From NCBI GenBank assembly GCA_003278365.1, contig QCFS01000004.1:692-64691 (forward strand): a DNA stretch of 64,000 nt, in the 5' to 3' direction. Of this stretch, positions 19,014 to 29,997 are shown piece after piece. This DNA is from Prochlorococcus sp. AG-363-M17 (GTDB taxonomy: Bacteria > Cyanobacteriota > Cyanobacteriia > PCC-6307 > Cyanobiaceae). The notes under the pieces are model-generated. The model was not told the DNA's origin and ran no database searches. It saw only the letters and a program-made list of their open reading frames with translations. The translations under genes and the position numbers were made by a program. Each line of letters opens with the position of its first letter. Within the stretch, counting starts at the first letter, position 1.

Positions 19014-19113
19014 TTAAATTTATGTAGAAAGTTAAACTTGCAGGGGGCAAGTTCCCTGGGCCCATGATGGGCTCTTATCTAGGATCCAACCCTTATAGTC
19101 ACACTAAAAAGTT

Positions 19114-19860
19114 TTGACGGTCTCCAGTCCATCAAAAGAAACGATTCTCGTGGTCGACGATGAGGCCAGTATTCGCAGGATCCTGGAAACTCGTCTTTCA
19201 ATGATTGGGTACCAAGTTGTTACGGCCTGTGATGGGAAAGAAGCACTAGAACTATTCAGGAATAACGAACCAGACTTAGTTGTTCTTGATGTGATGATGC
19301 CTAAGTTAGATGGGTATGGGGTCTGTCAAGAATTAAGAAAAGATTCAGATGTCCCAATTGTGATGCTGACAGCTCTTGGAGATGTTGCTGATCGAATTAC
19401 AGGGCTTGAACTAGGTGCGGATGATTATGTTGTTAAGCCATTCAGCCCAAAAGAACTAGAAGCAAGAATTAGATGCGTACTTCGCAGAGTTGAAAAAGAA
19501 GGTCTTGCAGGAATCCCTAATTCAGGCGTAATTCAAGTAACAAACCTACGAATAGATACGAATAAGCGACAGGTATTTAGAAATGATGAAAGGATTCGCC
19601 TAACAGGCATGGAATTCAGCCTTCTAGAACTCCTTGTCAGTCGATCTGGTGAACCATTCAGCAGAGGGGAGATTTTAAAAGAAGTCTGGGGATATACACC
19701 AGAAAGACATGTGGACACCCGTGTGGTGGATGTCCATATTTCTAGACTTCGTTCAAAGCTCGAAGATGATCCCGCAAATCCCGAGTTAATTCTCACGGCC
19801 AGGGGTACTGGCTACCTGTTCCAACGCATTGTCGACTCAGTTGCCTCCGAAGGATCCTGA
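19114..19860 (+). CDS. rpaB: OmpR-family response regulator RpaB (Ycf27)
   Basis: VVDDEASIRRILETRLSMIGY; WGYTPERHVDTRVVDVHISRLR. Confidence 0.96.
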   Translation: MTVSSPSKETILVVDDEASIRRILETRLSMIGYQVVTACDGKEALELFRNNEPDLVVLDVMMPKLDGYGVCQELRKDSDVPIVMLTALGDVADRITGLELGADDYVVKPFSPKELEARIRCVLRRVEKEGLAGIPNSGVIQVTNLRIDTNKRQVFRNDERIRLTGMEFSLLELLVSRSGEPFSRGEILKEVWGYTPERHVDTRVVDVHISRLRSKLEDDPANPELILTARGTGYLFQRIVDSVASEGS

Positions 19861-21202
19861 AATCAATTCGGCGTTAGAGCCGAAAATTAAAACCAGCCGT
19901 CCTAGAGCTATTAGGAGGTTAGTTATTTGGTATCGCAGAAATGCCGCGGTAACTAGTCTTGTGGATACTGCTACCAATTCAGCATCAGCTGCAGGAAATG
20001 TAGCTGATGCTGTCGTATCTAGTGCTGGTTCAGTAATGACCAATGCTGGATCTATGGCTGGCAACATGCTTCAGCCACTAGTATTCGACCCTTTAAGGCG
20101 CCTCCAAAATAATGATTTCAATGATGAATCAACGAACATTGGAAATCACGAACGTCTTTGGGTCGCTGTTGATGGAATGGGTGGAGATAATGCACCTGGA
20201 TCCATACTCGAAGGCTGCTTAGCAGCTATTGAAAGGCTTCCTATTCGCATTAAATTTGTTGGTGAATCAGACAAGATCCTCCAAGCAGCCAATTCCCTTG
20301 ATTTAAATGAACTGCTTAATAATGCTGTCCAATCTGGACAATTCGAAATAGTCGCAAGTGGTCCTTCAATACAAATGAATGAAGAAGCAACTGCAGTTAG
20401 ACGAAAAAAAGATGCAAGTATCAATATTGCAATGAACCTTGTAAAAAAAGGAGAAGCAACTGCAGTTTATTCTGCTGGAAACTCAGGAGCTTTAATGGCA
20501 TCCGCCATCTTTCGACTAGGGAGATTAACAGGAATAGATAGACCTGCCATTGGAGCTCTTTTCCCTACTAAAGATCCTGGGCAGCCAGTATTAGTACTTG
20601 ATGTTGGCGCAAACATGGATTGTAAACCAACATATTTACATCAATTTGCCTTGCTAGGGAATATTTACTCAAGAGATGTTCTGCAAATCAATCAACCTCG
20701 AATTGGATTACTTAATATTGGCGAAGAAGAATGTAAAGGGAATGATCTTGCATTAAGTACTTATGAGCTTCTTAGCAATGAAAAGCGAATTCATTTTGAA
20801 GGAAATTGTGAAGGGAGAGATGTTCTTTCAGGCTCATTTGATGTTGTCGTTTGTGATGGCTTTACTGGAAATGTTCTACTGAAATTCCTAGAGTCAGTAG
20901 GCAGTGTTCTATTAGATGTTCTGAGGGCAGAGCTGCCAAGAGGTAGGCGGGGAAAAGTGGGATCAGCATTCCTTCGCAGCAACCTCAAAAGAATTAAAAA
21001 GCGATTAGATCATGCAGAGCATGGAGGAGCACTATTGCTAGGAGTAAATGGCATCTGTGTAATAGGCCATGGAAGTAGCAAAGCCCTTTCTGTAGTTAGT
21101 GCTCTGCGTTTAGCTCACTCTGCAGCGAGCCATGGAGTAATGGATGACCTCGCCGAACTACAAAAAACTCCTTTTCAACAAGGTATGGAGAATAAGGTCT
21201 AG
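19829..21202 (+). CDS. plsX: Phosphate acyltransferase PlsX with N-terminal extension
   Basis: AVDGMGGDNAP, SAGNSGA, LDVGANMD, LLNIGEEECKG, CDGFTGN, GHGSS; start position uncertain. Confidence 0.93.
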   Translation: MSTQLPPKDPEINSALEPKIKTSRPRAIRRLVIWYRRNAAVTSLVDTATNSASAAGNVADAVVSSAGSVMTNAGSMAGNMLQPLVFDPLRRLQNNDFNDESTNIGNHERLWVAVDGMGGDNAPGSILEGCLAAIERLPIRIKFVGESDKILQAANSLDLNELLNNAVQSGQFEIVASGPSIQMNEEATAVRRKKDASINIAMNLVKKGEATAVYSAGNSGALMASAIFRLGRLTGIDRPAIGALFPTKDPGQPVLVLDVGANMDCKPTYLHQFALLGNIYSRDVLQINQPRIGLLNIGEEECKGNDLALSTYELLSNEKRIHFEGNCEGRDVLSGSFDVVVCDGFTGNVLLKFLESVGSVLLDVLRAELPRGRRGKVGSAFLRSNLKRIKKRLDHAEHGGALLLGVNGICVIGHGSSKALSVVSALRLAHSAASHGVMDDLAELQKTPFQQGMENKV

Positions 21203-21243
21203 TGTTTGTGATTGACTGACCACATCTTGGGAAAAATTAACCC

Positions 21244-22263
21244 TTGACAGGAACGTCCAAAAACCATTCAGGAATAGCTCTTATAGGGAGTGGCAGTGCA
21301 ATGCCATCTCAAACCCTTAATAACGAGCAATTGAGCCTCAAGGTCGAGACCAATGACGCTTGGATCAGAAGTAGAACAGGCATTATTTCGCGTCGTGTCA
21401 TTGGAGAGGGGGAAACCCTCACAAGCTTGTGTTGCCAAGCAGGCAAAGAAGCAATTGATATGGCGGGATGGGAACCAGACAGTATTGATTTAATAATTCT
21501 GGCCACTTCCACTCCCGATGACCTATTTGGGACAGCCCCGCAAATTCAAGCTCTGCTAGGAGCAAGCAATGCTGTCGCATTTGATTTAACAGCTGCTTGT
21601 AGTGGTTTTTTATTCACTCTGATCACTGCCTCTCAATTCTTAAAAAATGGCAGTATGCAAAGAGCTTTGGTTATAGGAGCTGATCAACTGAGTAGTTGGG
21701 TTGATTGGAATGATCGCAGAACTTGCATACTTTTTGGAGATGGAGCAGGCGCAGTGGCAATCGAAGCAACGAGCCCAGAAAAATGCGGACTCTTAGGATT
21801 CAAAATTAAATCCGATGGAAGCAGAGGTGACTGTTTAAATCTCAGGCAAGAAGCTTCTCATTTACCATTAACAGAAGGGAGAACCTATCAAAAAGGAGAA
21901 TTCTCACCTATCAATATGAATGGACAAGAGGTTTATAAATTTGCCGTTAGAGAAGTACCAGCAATATTAGAAAACCTCCTTAAAACCACTGACACAGACC
22001 CTCAATCACTGGACTGGCTTCTATTGCATCAAGCAAACCAAAGAATTTTAGATGCTGTTGCAGATCGATTCTCAATCCCTCATCAAAAAGTCCTGAGCAA
22101 TCTTGCGAACTATGGCAATACTTCAGCTGCAACAATTCCGTTGATGCTTGATGAAGCTGTAAAAGATGGTCGCGTCAAACCTAACCACTTAATTGCAACA
22201 AGTGGCTTTGGCGCGGGGCTTAGTTGGGGAGCAGCTTTGATTCGCTGGCAAGGTCCCTTATAG
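21244..22263 (+). CDS. fabH: Beta-ketoacyl-ACP synthase III
   Basis: AACSGF, FGDGAGA, HQANQRI, GNTSAA. Confidence 0.96.
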   Translation: MTGTSKNHSGIALIGSGSAMPSQTLNNEQLSLKVETNDAWIRSRTGIISRRVIGEGETLTSLCCQAGKEAIDMAGWEPDSIDLIILATSTPDDLFGTAPQIQALLGASNAVAFDLTAACSGFLFTLITASQFLKNGSMQRALVIGADQLSSWVDWNDRRTCILFGDGAGAVAIEATSPEKCGLLGFKIKSDGSRGDCLNLRQEASHLPLTEGRTYQKGEFSPINMNGQEVYKFAVREVPAILENLLKTTDTDPQSLDWLLLHQANQRILDAVADRFSIPHQKVLSNLANYGNTSAATIPLMLDEAVKDGRVKPNHLIATSGFGAGLSWGAALIRWQGPL

Positions 22264-22290
22264 GCTCTAAGAACATAACGACAACATTCG

Positions 22291-23187
22291 ATGTCTATCG
22301 CTTGGGTTTTTCCGGGACAAGGCTCTCAAAAAAAGGGTATGGCCGACCATATCCTGAATCTGCCAGGAGCCAAAGAACGCTTTGACTTGGCTTCAAACAT
22401 AATTGGCCGAGACCTTTTAGCAATCTGTCGAGGGGAAGGCCTAGAAGCGAAGACTCTTTCCGACATCAATGACACAAGAAATACGCAACCGGCTTTATTT
22501 TTAATTGAATCAATCCTGATAGATGAATTACGACGGCAAGGCAATACACCTTCCTTAATGGCTGGCCACAGCCTGGGAGAACTTGTCGCCCTATACGCTG
22601 CTGAAGTTATAGATGCCGAATCTGCACTGTCTTTACTTTTTCACAGATCAGAGCTCATGGCTGCTGCGGGAGGTGGTTCCATGACAGCTGTTCTAGGGTT
22701 TGATCGAGCCGAACTAGAAAGTCTTGTAAGCAATACAGAGGGAGTAGTAATAGCAAATGACAATAGTGACTCACAGATTGTGCTGTCAGGGACTCCAGAA
22801 GCTGTTAATACAGTCAGTAGCCAGTTGACGTGTAAAAGAGCAATTCCATTAGCTGTATCTGGTGCATTTCATTCACCTTTAATGAAAAAAGCCTCGAAAA
22901 GTTTTGCGGAAAAACTAGATCAAGTTGCTTTCAACAATGCAAAAGTCCCGCTTCTCAGCAATTCAGATCCAACTCCAAGCTGTGAAGCAGAAATACTTAA
23001 AAAAAGGCTCAAGCAACAAATGACCACTGGTGTTCGCTGGCGAGAAACCATGTCGATGATGATGGAAAGAGGTATTACTTCTTTGATCGAAATTGGCCCA
23101 GGCAATGTTTTAAGTGGGCTTGCCAAGCGATCAATGACTGGGATAACAACCAAGCAAATTTCAACCGCCAATGACTTAGGTAAGTGA
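22291..23187 (+). CDS. fabD: Malonyl-CoA:ACP transacylase
   Basis: FPGQGSQ, GHSLGE, SGAFHS. Confidence 0.96.
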   Translation: MSIAWVFPGQGSQKKGMADHILNLPGAKERFDLASNIIGRDLLAICRGEGLEAKTLSDINDTRNTQPALFLIESILIDELRRQGNTPSLMAGHSLGELVALYAAEVIDAESALSLLFHRSELMAAAGGGSMTAVLGFDRAELESLVSNTEGVVIANDNSDSQIVLSGTPEAVNTVSSQLTCKRAIPLAVSGAFHSPLMKKASKSFAEKLDQVAFNNAKVPLLSNSDPTPSCEAEILKKRLKQQMTTGVRWRETMSMMMERGITSLIEIGPGNVLSGLAKRSMTGITTKQISTANDLGK

Positions 23188-23190
23188 TTC

Positions 23191-23901
23191 TTGGAATACT
23201 CCTCACATTTTCTCAAAAAAGACTTGTCTCCCATTGAGCCTCCAAAAGCAAGCTGGCTATATTTAGTAGTTAGTTATCTAATCGTATTTCCAGTCTTCAG
23301 AGGATTATTCAGGGGATGCATATCGGGACTACAAAACGTTCCACGATCTGGACCATTAGTAGTAGTTGCTAATCATGGATCTCATCTAGATCCACCAATA
23401 CTTGGACATGCGCTTAGACGGCCAGTAGCTTTTATGGCCAAAGCAGAGCTATTTAAAGTGCCCTTACTGGGACGAATTATTCATGCTTGTGGTGCCTATC
23501 CAGTTAAACGAGGAGGGGGAGATAGAGCCGCTATTCGTGAAGCTACCTCTAAATTAAATGAAGGATGGGCAACAGGTGTTTTTCTGGATGGCAAACGGCA
23601 AGCAAATGGTCGGATAAATCAACCAATGCCTGGAGCAGCTTTACTTTCAGCAAGAAGTGGCTCCAAATTGCTTCCTGTAGCAATTATCAATAGCTATCGT
23701 GCACTGCCGAAGGGAAGATTATTCCCAAGGCTTGTTCCAATACATTTGCGAGTCGGCAAGCCAATAGAACCTCCTAAAAGCCGCAAAAAGAGTGACCTTG
23801 AAGCAACTACACTTCAACTACAAAAACAAATAAATTCTCTATTGGAAAGTGGTCTAATTAACGCATCAGAAATAGATAAGAAAGCAATCAGAAATCATTA
23901 A
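23191..23901 (+). CDS. plsC: 1-acyl-sn-glycerol-3-phosphate acyltransferase
   Basis: NHGSHLD (HX4D) and FMAKAELF; located in the plsX-fab operon. Confidence 0.9.
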   Translation: MEYSSHFLKKDLSPIEPPKASWLYLVVSYLIVFPVFRGLFRGCISGLQNVPRSGPLVVVANHGSHLDPPILGHALRRPVAFMAKAELFKVPLLGRIIHACGAYPVKRGGGDRAAIREATSKLNEGWATGVFLDGKRQANGRINQPMPGAALLSARSGSKLLPVAIINSYRALPKGRLFPRLVPIHLRVGKPIEPPKSRKKSDLEATTLQLQKQINSLLESGLINASEIDKKAIRNH

Positions 23902-24475
23902 AAATTTTCGGCCAACGATTTTGAGCCAAAGCTTTAATATCTTTTCCCGTTCCTACCCAAAACCAAGACCTAGAAAGATCAAAGAATTTCTTTTGCAAGC
24001 TTTCTCTCTTACAAAGAGGGACACATGGAACTGATATTCCTGTCAAATGAATACCCCTACTCCCTGCAACTACCCAGCCAACAGCCATTGCACGAGATAA
24101 ATGATCTTCACTAGTAATAAGCAAAGCATGATCTACGCCCTGATCAAGAAAATCATCGACCAAAGATGTGAAGTTAGTTAAAGTGTCTTTTGCTCGATAA
24201 TCAAGCGTTGCACTATCCGGATTAATTCCAGAAGATTCAATCAACCAAGAAGCATGTTCAGGATTACTCCCTCCACTAACAACCAAAGGTAATCCCAACT
24301 CCATGGCCAAGCGAGCGCCTACATGTTCACGGTCGACATCTCCACCCAGAACTAAAATTAACTGAGGAGAATGGAAATTAAATACTGCCTTGAAATAATT
24401 TTTTAAGGGGCTAAGTGCTAGAAAAGCTCCAAGAAAAAAAATAAGCAAGAAAAAGCGTGATAAACACTTTTGCAT
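23888..24475 (-). CDS. YdcF/DUF218 family protein
   Basis: N-terminal TM, VLGG, VSGG, DTLTN, ITSEDHLSRA. Confidence 0.82.
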   Translation of the reverse strand: MQKCLSRFFLLIFFLGAFLALSPLKNYFKAVFNFHSPQLILVLGGDVDREHVGARLAMELGLPLVVSGGSNPEHASWLIESSGINPDSATLDYRAKDTLTNFTSLVDDFLDQGVDHALLITSEDHLSRAMAVGWVVAGSRGIHLTGISVPCVPLCKRESLQKKFFDLSRSWFWVGTGKDIKALAQNRWPKIFNDF

Positions 24476-24477
24476 GA

Positions 24478-25146
24478 TTATTCCATTACCGGAGAAGTTG
24501 GGTAAATTGGCAAAACTTCATTCCAGTTAGATACAGTTCCAAGCTGATGGGCTTCAAACGAATATACAAGAAGATTCTCAACATCAATCCCTGCATCTAC
24601 TTCAGCCAAAACTGAAGGAGATAAATTAGCATCACTTGTAAAGAGTTTTGGTGTTGCTAACTCTAAAATATTTCTTCTGCCACCACTGTTCATAAAAGAA
24701 GAAATTTGATATTTTCCAGCAACAATTCCTCTTTTTAATGGCTGAACTATCCAAAAAGGATTTCGATAATTTTCAATATCAAAGTCAACTGCAAGGCGCA
24801 TAGCTACTAAAGAGAAAGTGCTAAGACCATCTAAATTGCAACTTAGCTGTTGCGCTAATGTCCTTGCCATGACGATAGTTAATCTGGTGCCAGTAAAGCC
24901 TCCAGGACCAGTCGCGACAGACAAGCGTGCTATTTGAGACCACTGGTCAAAAGGTAGGAGCTCATTTACGCAACTAAGTAGACAATTTGATAGTTTTCTC
25001 CCCACTGGAAAGGTAGCTGTCTTTATGCAATCAAAGGGCTCTCTCAAATCCATTAAACCTAGCCCAAGTGTTTCGGAGGAACTATGCAAAGCCAGTAAGA
25101 AGTGAGCATTGTCCTTATTAAAAACACCTTCAGGTTGGATCATCAT
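24478..25146 (-). CDS. tsaB: tRNA threonylcarbamoyladenosine biosynthesis protein TsaB
   Basis: LLALHSS, VATGPGGFTGTR, C-terminal LPIYP. Start set at ATG 25146 (ATGA overlap with the ycf34 stop). Confidence 0.85.
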   Translation of the reverse strand: MMIQPEGVFNKDNAHFLLALHSSSETLGLGLMDLREPFDCIKTATFPVGRKLSNCLLSCVNELLPFDQWSQIARLSVATGPGGFTGTRLTIVMARTLAQQLSCNLDGLSTFSLVAMRLAVDFDIENYRNPFWIVQPLKRGIVAGKYQISSFMNSGGRRNILELATPKLFTSDANLSPSVLAEVDAGIDVENLLVYSFEAHQLGTVSNWNEVLPIYPTSPVME

Positions 25147-25394
25147 GTTGGCAACTTCTCTCCAGGTTTTAGTCGCAGCCATCTTCCTAGATCCTCAACA
25201 AAACTTGCACAAGAGCGCACATCCCATTCAACATCTATTCCTCCATCAGGCATTTTCATCAAATTGACATGGATAGATGGCTCAATTGGATCAAAATCAG
25301 GCTGCAGAGTGAGATGATCAACTCCGTGCTGCCTTTCAACAGCGTGATAGGCATTACAGCGGTCGACCCAGCGACAATCAACACAAATGCACAT
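25143..25394 (-). CDS. ycf34: Ycf34 family Fe-S protein
   Basis: MCICVDCRWVDRCNAYHAVE...EWDV..C..F....G.W..L.P. Confidence 0.92.
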   Translation of the reverse strand: MCICVDCRWVDRCNAYHAVERQHGVDHLTLQPDFDPIEPSIHVNLMKMPDGGIDVEWDVRSCASFVEDLGRWLRLKPGEKLPT

Positions 25395-26619
25395 TCCTCA
25401 TCCTCACGCTGGAGACTCCTTTTTTAAATTGGATCTAATTATTCTGGCCCAAATTCTTTGGGATCGAATTAACCCCAAACGATGGCCTCTGAAAATTACA
25501 AACCTCCCACCAGGTACTGTCTTGGTTGGGGGCACTGTTAGAGATGCATGTCTTGAAAATTCAGAAGGATCTCATGATATTGACCTAGTAGTTCCTGACA
25601 AGGCTATTCGTTTAACTGAGAAATTAGCGCAAGAATTTAACGGCACATGCGTACATCTCGATACTTCAAGAGACATTGGAAGACTTGTGCTGGGAAAATG
25701 GAATTTCGATATTGCCTCTCAAATAGGGGAAACTCTTATAGATGATCTATTCAAAAGGGATTACAGGCTAAATGCGATTGCACTCACTCTTGGAAAAAAA
25801 CCAAAATTGATAGACCCCACTGGAGGCCTAAAAGATTTAGAAAATAAAGAGCTAGTTGCGATATCTAAGGAGAACCTTCTCAAAGATCCACTCCGATTAA
25901 TACGTGGGCCAAGATTAATGGCTGAATTAGGGCTATCAATGGATATACAAACAAAAAACTGGATTAAAGAAAATAATAAATTGTTAACAAAATCTGCCCC
26001 TGAAAGAATTCAGGCAGAAGTCCTCAAACTCGTAAATTCGGAATGGGCTGATTCCATTCATGCATTAATGGACGAACTTGAGTTACTCAGTACCTGGCAA
26101 AACAATGATCAACAATTCAGACGAAACTCATCATTCTTAAAACAAGCAAAACTACTTAACAACCATGAAAAGCAAATTGCCCTTCCGATAGCTCGATTAA
26201 CTCATCTTTTAAGCAACGAGGGTTTGGCTAAATTACGATTCAGTCGCAAAATACAAGATCGTTGTCAAAAACTACGCTATTGGCAAGAGTCTAATGATGG
26301 CAATGGTTTTCAGAGCCTCAACGAGAAAGATAAACTGCAATTACATAAAGACCTTGAGCAGGACTTACCAGCTCTAATCATTGGACTACCAACCTCGGAA
26401 CAAAATATTTGGTTGCGTCGCTGGAGAGACCTCCATGATCCTTTGTTTCATCCTTTTTCACCTATAGATGGGAAAACCCTTCAGGACAAACTTGGATTAG
26501 CCTCTGGGCCGATTCTAGGAGAATTAATGCGGCATCTATGTCTCGAAAATGCCTTTGGAAGGGTAGCGAATGAGGAGGATGCTCTTCGTTTGGCACGTTA
26601 CTGGTGTCTACATAAATAG
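25387..26619 (+). CDS. tRNA nucleotidyltransferase, class II (probably CC-adding type)
   Basis: VGGTVRD, DIDLVV, RDYRLNAIA, IDPTGGLKDL, DPLRLIR, APERI; start uncertain. Confidence 0.88.
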   Translation: MHIPHPHAGDSFFKLDLIILAQILWDRINPKRWPLKITNLPPGTVLVGGTVRDACLENSEGSHDIDLVVPDKAIRLTEKLAQEFNGTCVHLDTSRDIGRLVLGKWNFDIASQIGETLIDDLFKRDYRLNAIALTLGKKPKLIDPTGGLKDLENKELVAISKENLLKDPLRLIRGPRLMAELGLSMDIQTKNWIKENNKLLTKSAPERIQAEVLKLVNSEWADSIHALMDELELLSTWQNNDQQFRRNSSFLKQAKLLNNHEKQIALPIARLTHLLSNEGLAKLRFSRKIQDRCQKLRYWQESNDGNGFQSLNEKDKLQLHKDLEQDLPALIIGLPTSEQNIWLRRWRDLHDPLFHPFSPIDGKTLQDKLGLASGPILGELMRHLCLENAFGRVANEEDALRLARYWCLHK

Positions 26620-26701
26620 ACCTTATTGTGATTAACTAACTGAGTACGAATAAATAACTGATCAATCTGATCACCATTTTCCCTACCTCCCCTCTTCCTT
26701 C

Positions 26702-27139
26702 ATGAGTGTTCGCCTTTACATTGGCAACTTGCCACAAAACTTCGATACAAAAGAGCTAGAAGCCTTGCTTGGAAGCGTTGCAGAGGGCATTCGCTTCAAA
26801 GCTGTACTTGACAAAGAAACAGGGAATTGCAGAGGTTTCGGCTTCGCAAATATTTCAGACAAGAAAGTAGCCAATGCCCTTATTGAGCAACTTAACGGGC
26901 GTGAATTCAACGGGAATAACTTAAGAGTCGAGCGCTCTGAAAGACGTAGCGATTCCAATTCTGGGAATTCCCGTAGAGGAGGCTCAAATTCAAACAACTC
27001 TTCTCAAGGAGCTAGTCGGAAAGGAACCAAGAAAGTTGTTCATAGCGATGCTCCCAATAAGGAAGCTCCCGATCCACGATGGGCAGGAGAGTTGGCAAAG
27101 CTAAAAGAACTACTAGAAAACCAGAAAACAGCTGTTTAA
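26702..27139 (+). CDS. RRM RNA-binding protein (Rbp3-like)
   Basis: RNP2 LYIGNL, RNP1 RGFGFA, low-complexity linker, PDPRWAGEL.KLK tail. Confidence 0.9.
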   Translation: MSVRLYIGNLPQNFDTKELEALLGSVAEGIRFKAVLDKETGNCRGFGFANISDKKVANALIEQLNGREFNGNNLRVERSERRSDSNSGNSRRGGSNSNNSSQGASRKGTKKVVHSDAPNKEAPDPRWAGELAKLKELLENQKTAV

Positions 27140-27181
27140 TTAAGACTAAGCTTTAACTTTACTTTTATATAAAATAGAAAT

Positions 27182-28117
27182 TTATCTTGCCTGAGCAATT
27201 AAATAGGCGAGTGGCAAGTTAAGAAATTTTACCCAGTTTCTAACATAAGCTCTGTTATTAAAAACATCATAATCAAGTTTTTCAATTGAATCCAATATTC
27301 CTCTGTAGAGCCTTAATGAGGTCCAAACAGGCCAACGTGCATCGCTAGAAAGTAATCGGACACCCTCTTCAGAACGTGAGAACCATTCTCTAGCTCTTTC
27401 CAACTGAAAGGCCATCAAAGCTCTCCAATTACTATTAATTAATCCAGCCATAAGGTCAGCCTCTGAATAATCAAACCTAATCAAATCTTCCTGGGGAAGG
27501 TATATCCTCCCTCTTGCTCTATCTTCTCCAACATCACGCAAAATATTTGTCAATTGATTTGCAATCCCTAGAGCAACAGCTGCTTCAGAAGGGTCGGGAG
27601 AAGAGCTCCAAGGAGCTGATGTGTAGGCTGGGTCTAAACCCATTACAACCTGTGTCATCAAACCCACAGTCCCAGCGACCCGATAACAATAAAGTTTTAA
27701 TTCTTCAAAAGTTTGATATCTATGCAAGTTTAGATCCATTCTTTGTCCCTCTATCATGTCTAAATAAGGATCAATTGGAACTGGAAAACGTTCAATTGTA
27801 TCTAACATAACTGCATCAAGATCATCTTGAATATTCCCTTTAAAAATAGCTCTAGTTCGTATTTCCCATTCATCTAAGCGGTCAGCTAATTCAGCAGAAG
27901 TACGAGTCATCGCTTCTTCACTATCCATAAGCTCATCAGTCCGTCTGCACCATACATATATTGCCCATATAGCCCTTCGTTTAATAGGGGGGAGAAGCAA
28001 AGTTCCCAAATAAAAAGTCTTTGCCCATTTAGCAGTCTCTTTTCTACAAGCTTCATATGCCTCATCAAGATTCATACGATCTTTAGAATGACTAATGATT
28101 GAGTCCGAAAGGTTCAT
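27182..28117 (-). CDS. crtB: Phytoene synthase
   Basis: AKTFYLGT, CRRTDELMD, YCYRVAGTVG, QLTNILRDVGED. Confidence 0.96.
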   Translation of the reverse strand: MNLSDSIISHSKDRMNLDEAYEACRKETAKWAKTFYLGTLLLPPIKRRAIWAIYVWCRRTDELMDSEEAMTRTSAELADRLDEWEIRTRAIFKGNIQDDLDAVMLDTIERFPVPIDPYLDMIEGQRMDLNLHRYQTFEELKLYCYRVAGTVGLMTQVVMGLDPAYTSAPWSSSPDPSEAAVALGIANQLTNILRDVGEDRARGRIYLPQEDLIRFDYSEADLMAGLINSNWRALMAFQLERAREWFSRSEEGVRLLSSDARWPVWTSLRLYRGILDSIEKLDYDVFNNRAYVRNWVKFLNLPLAYLIAQAR

Positions 28118-28155
28118 CTCTCAGGACCTAGGAAATTGAATAGATAGATTGCCAT

Positions 28156-29595
<1,440 letters not shown>

Positions 29596-29649
29596 CTAAA
29601 ATTGGGTAAGTCATGGCTTGGCAATGTACTTAATGAACCATTTTTTTAT

Positions 29650-29997
29650 ATGACCGAGACACTGTTGAAATGCACAACACGGCACGTAAGGCTTTTCACA
29701 GCAAGGGTTGAGAACAACACGCTTGTGGAAGACTCGAGCAGCCTTACCTTAGATCTAGATCCAGACAACGAGTTCATGTGGACTGAAGAAGTTATTAACA
29801 AAGTGCATCAACGCTTTCGAGACTTGGTGGCAGCTCAAGAGGGCTTAGAGCTTAGTGAATACAACCTCAGGCGAATTGGTTCTGATCTTGAGGGCACTAT
29901 TCGACAGCTTCTTCAAGCAGGTGAACTTAGCTACAACACGAATTGTCGAGTACTTAACTACTCAATGGGTCTTCCTAGAACTCCTGAACTGCTGTGA
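29650..29997 (+). CDS. ndhM: NDH-1 subunit M
   Basis: [32 protein letters not shown]; start set at ATG 29650. Confidence 0.93.
   Translation: MTETLLKCTTRHVRLFTARVENNTLVEDSSSLTLDLDPDNEFMWTEEVINKVHQRFRDLVAAQEGLELSEYNLRRIGSDLEGTIRQLLQAGELSYNTNCRVLNYSMGLPRTPELL

Noticed and set aside
26659-26673. TGATCA-N3-TGATCA upstream of the rbp gene
   Set aside because: Short, does not fit CRP/FNR or NtcA spacing, and has no other support.
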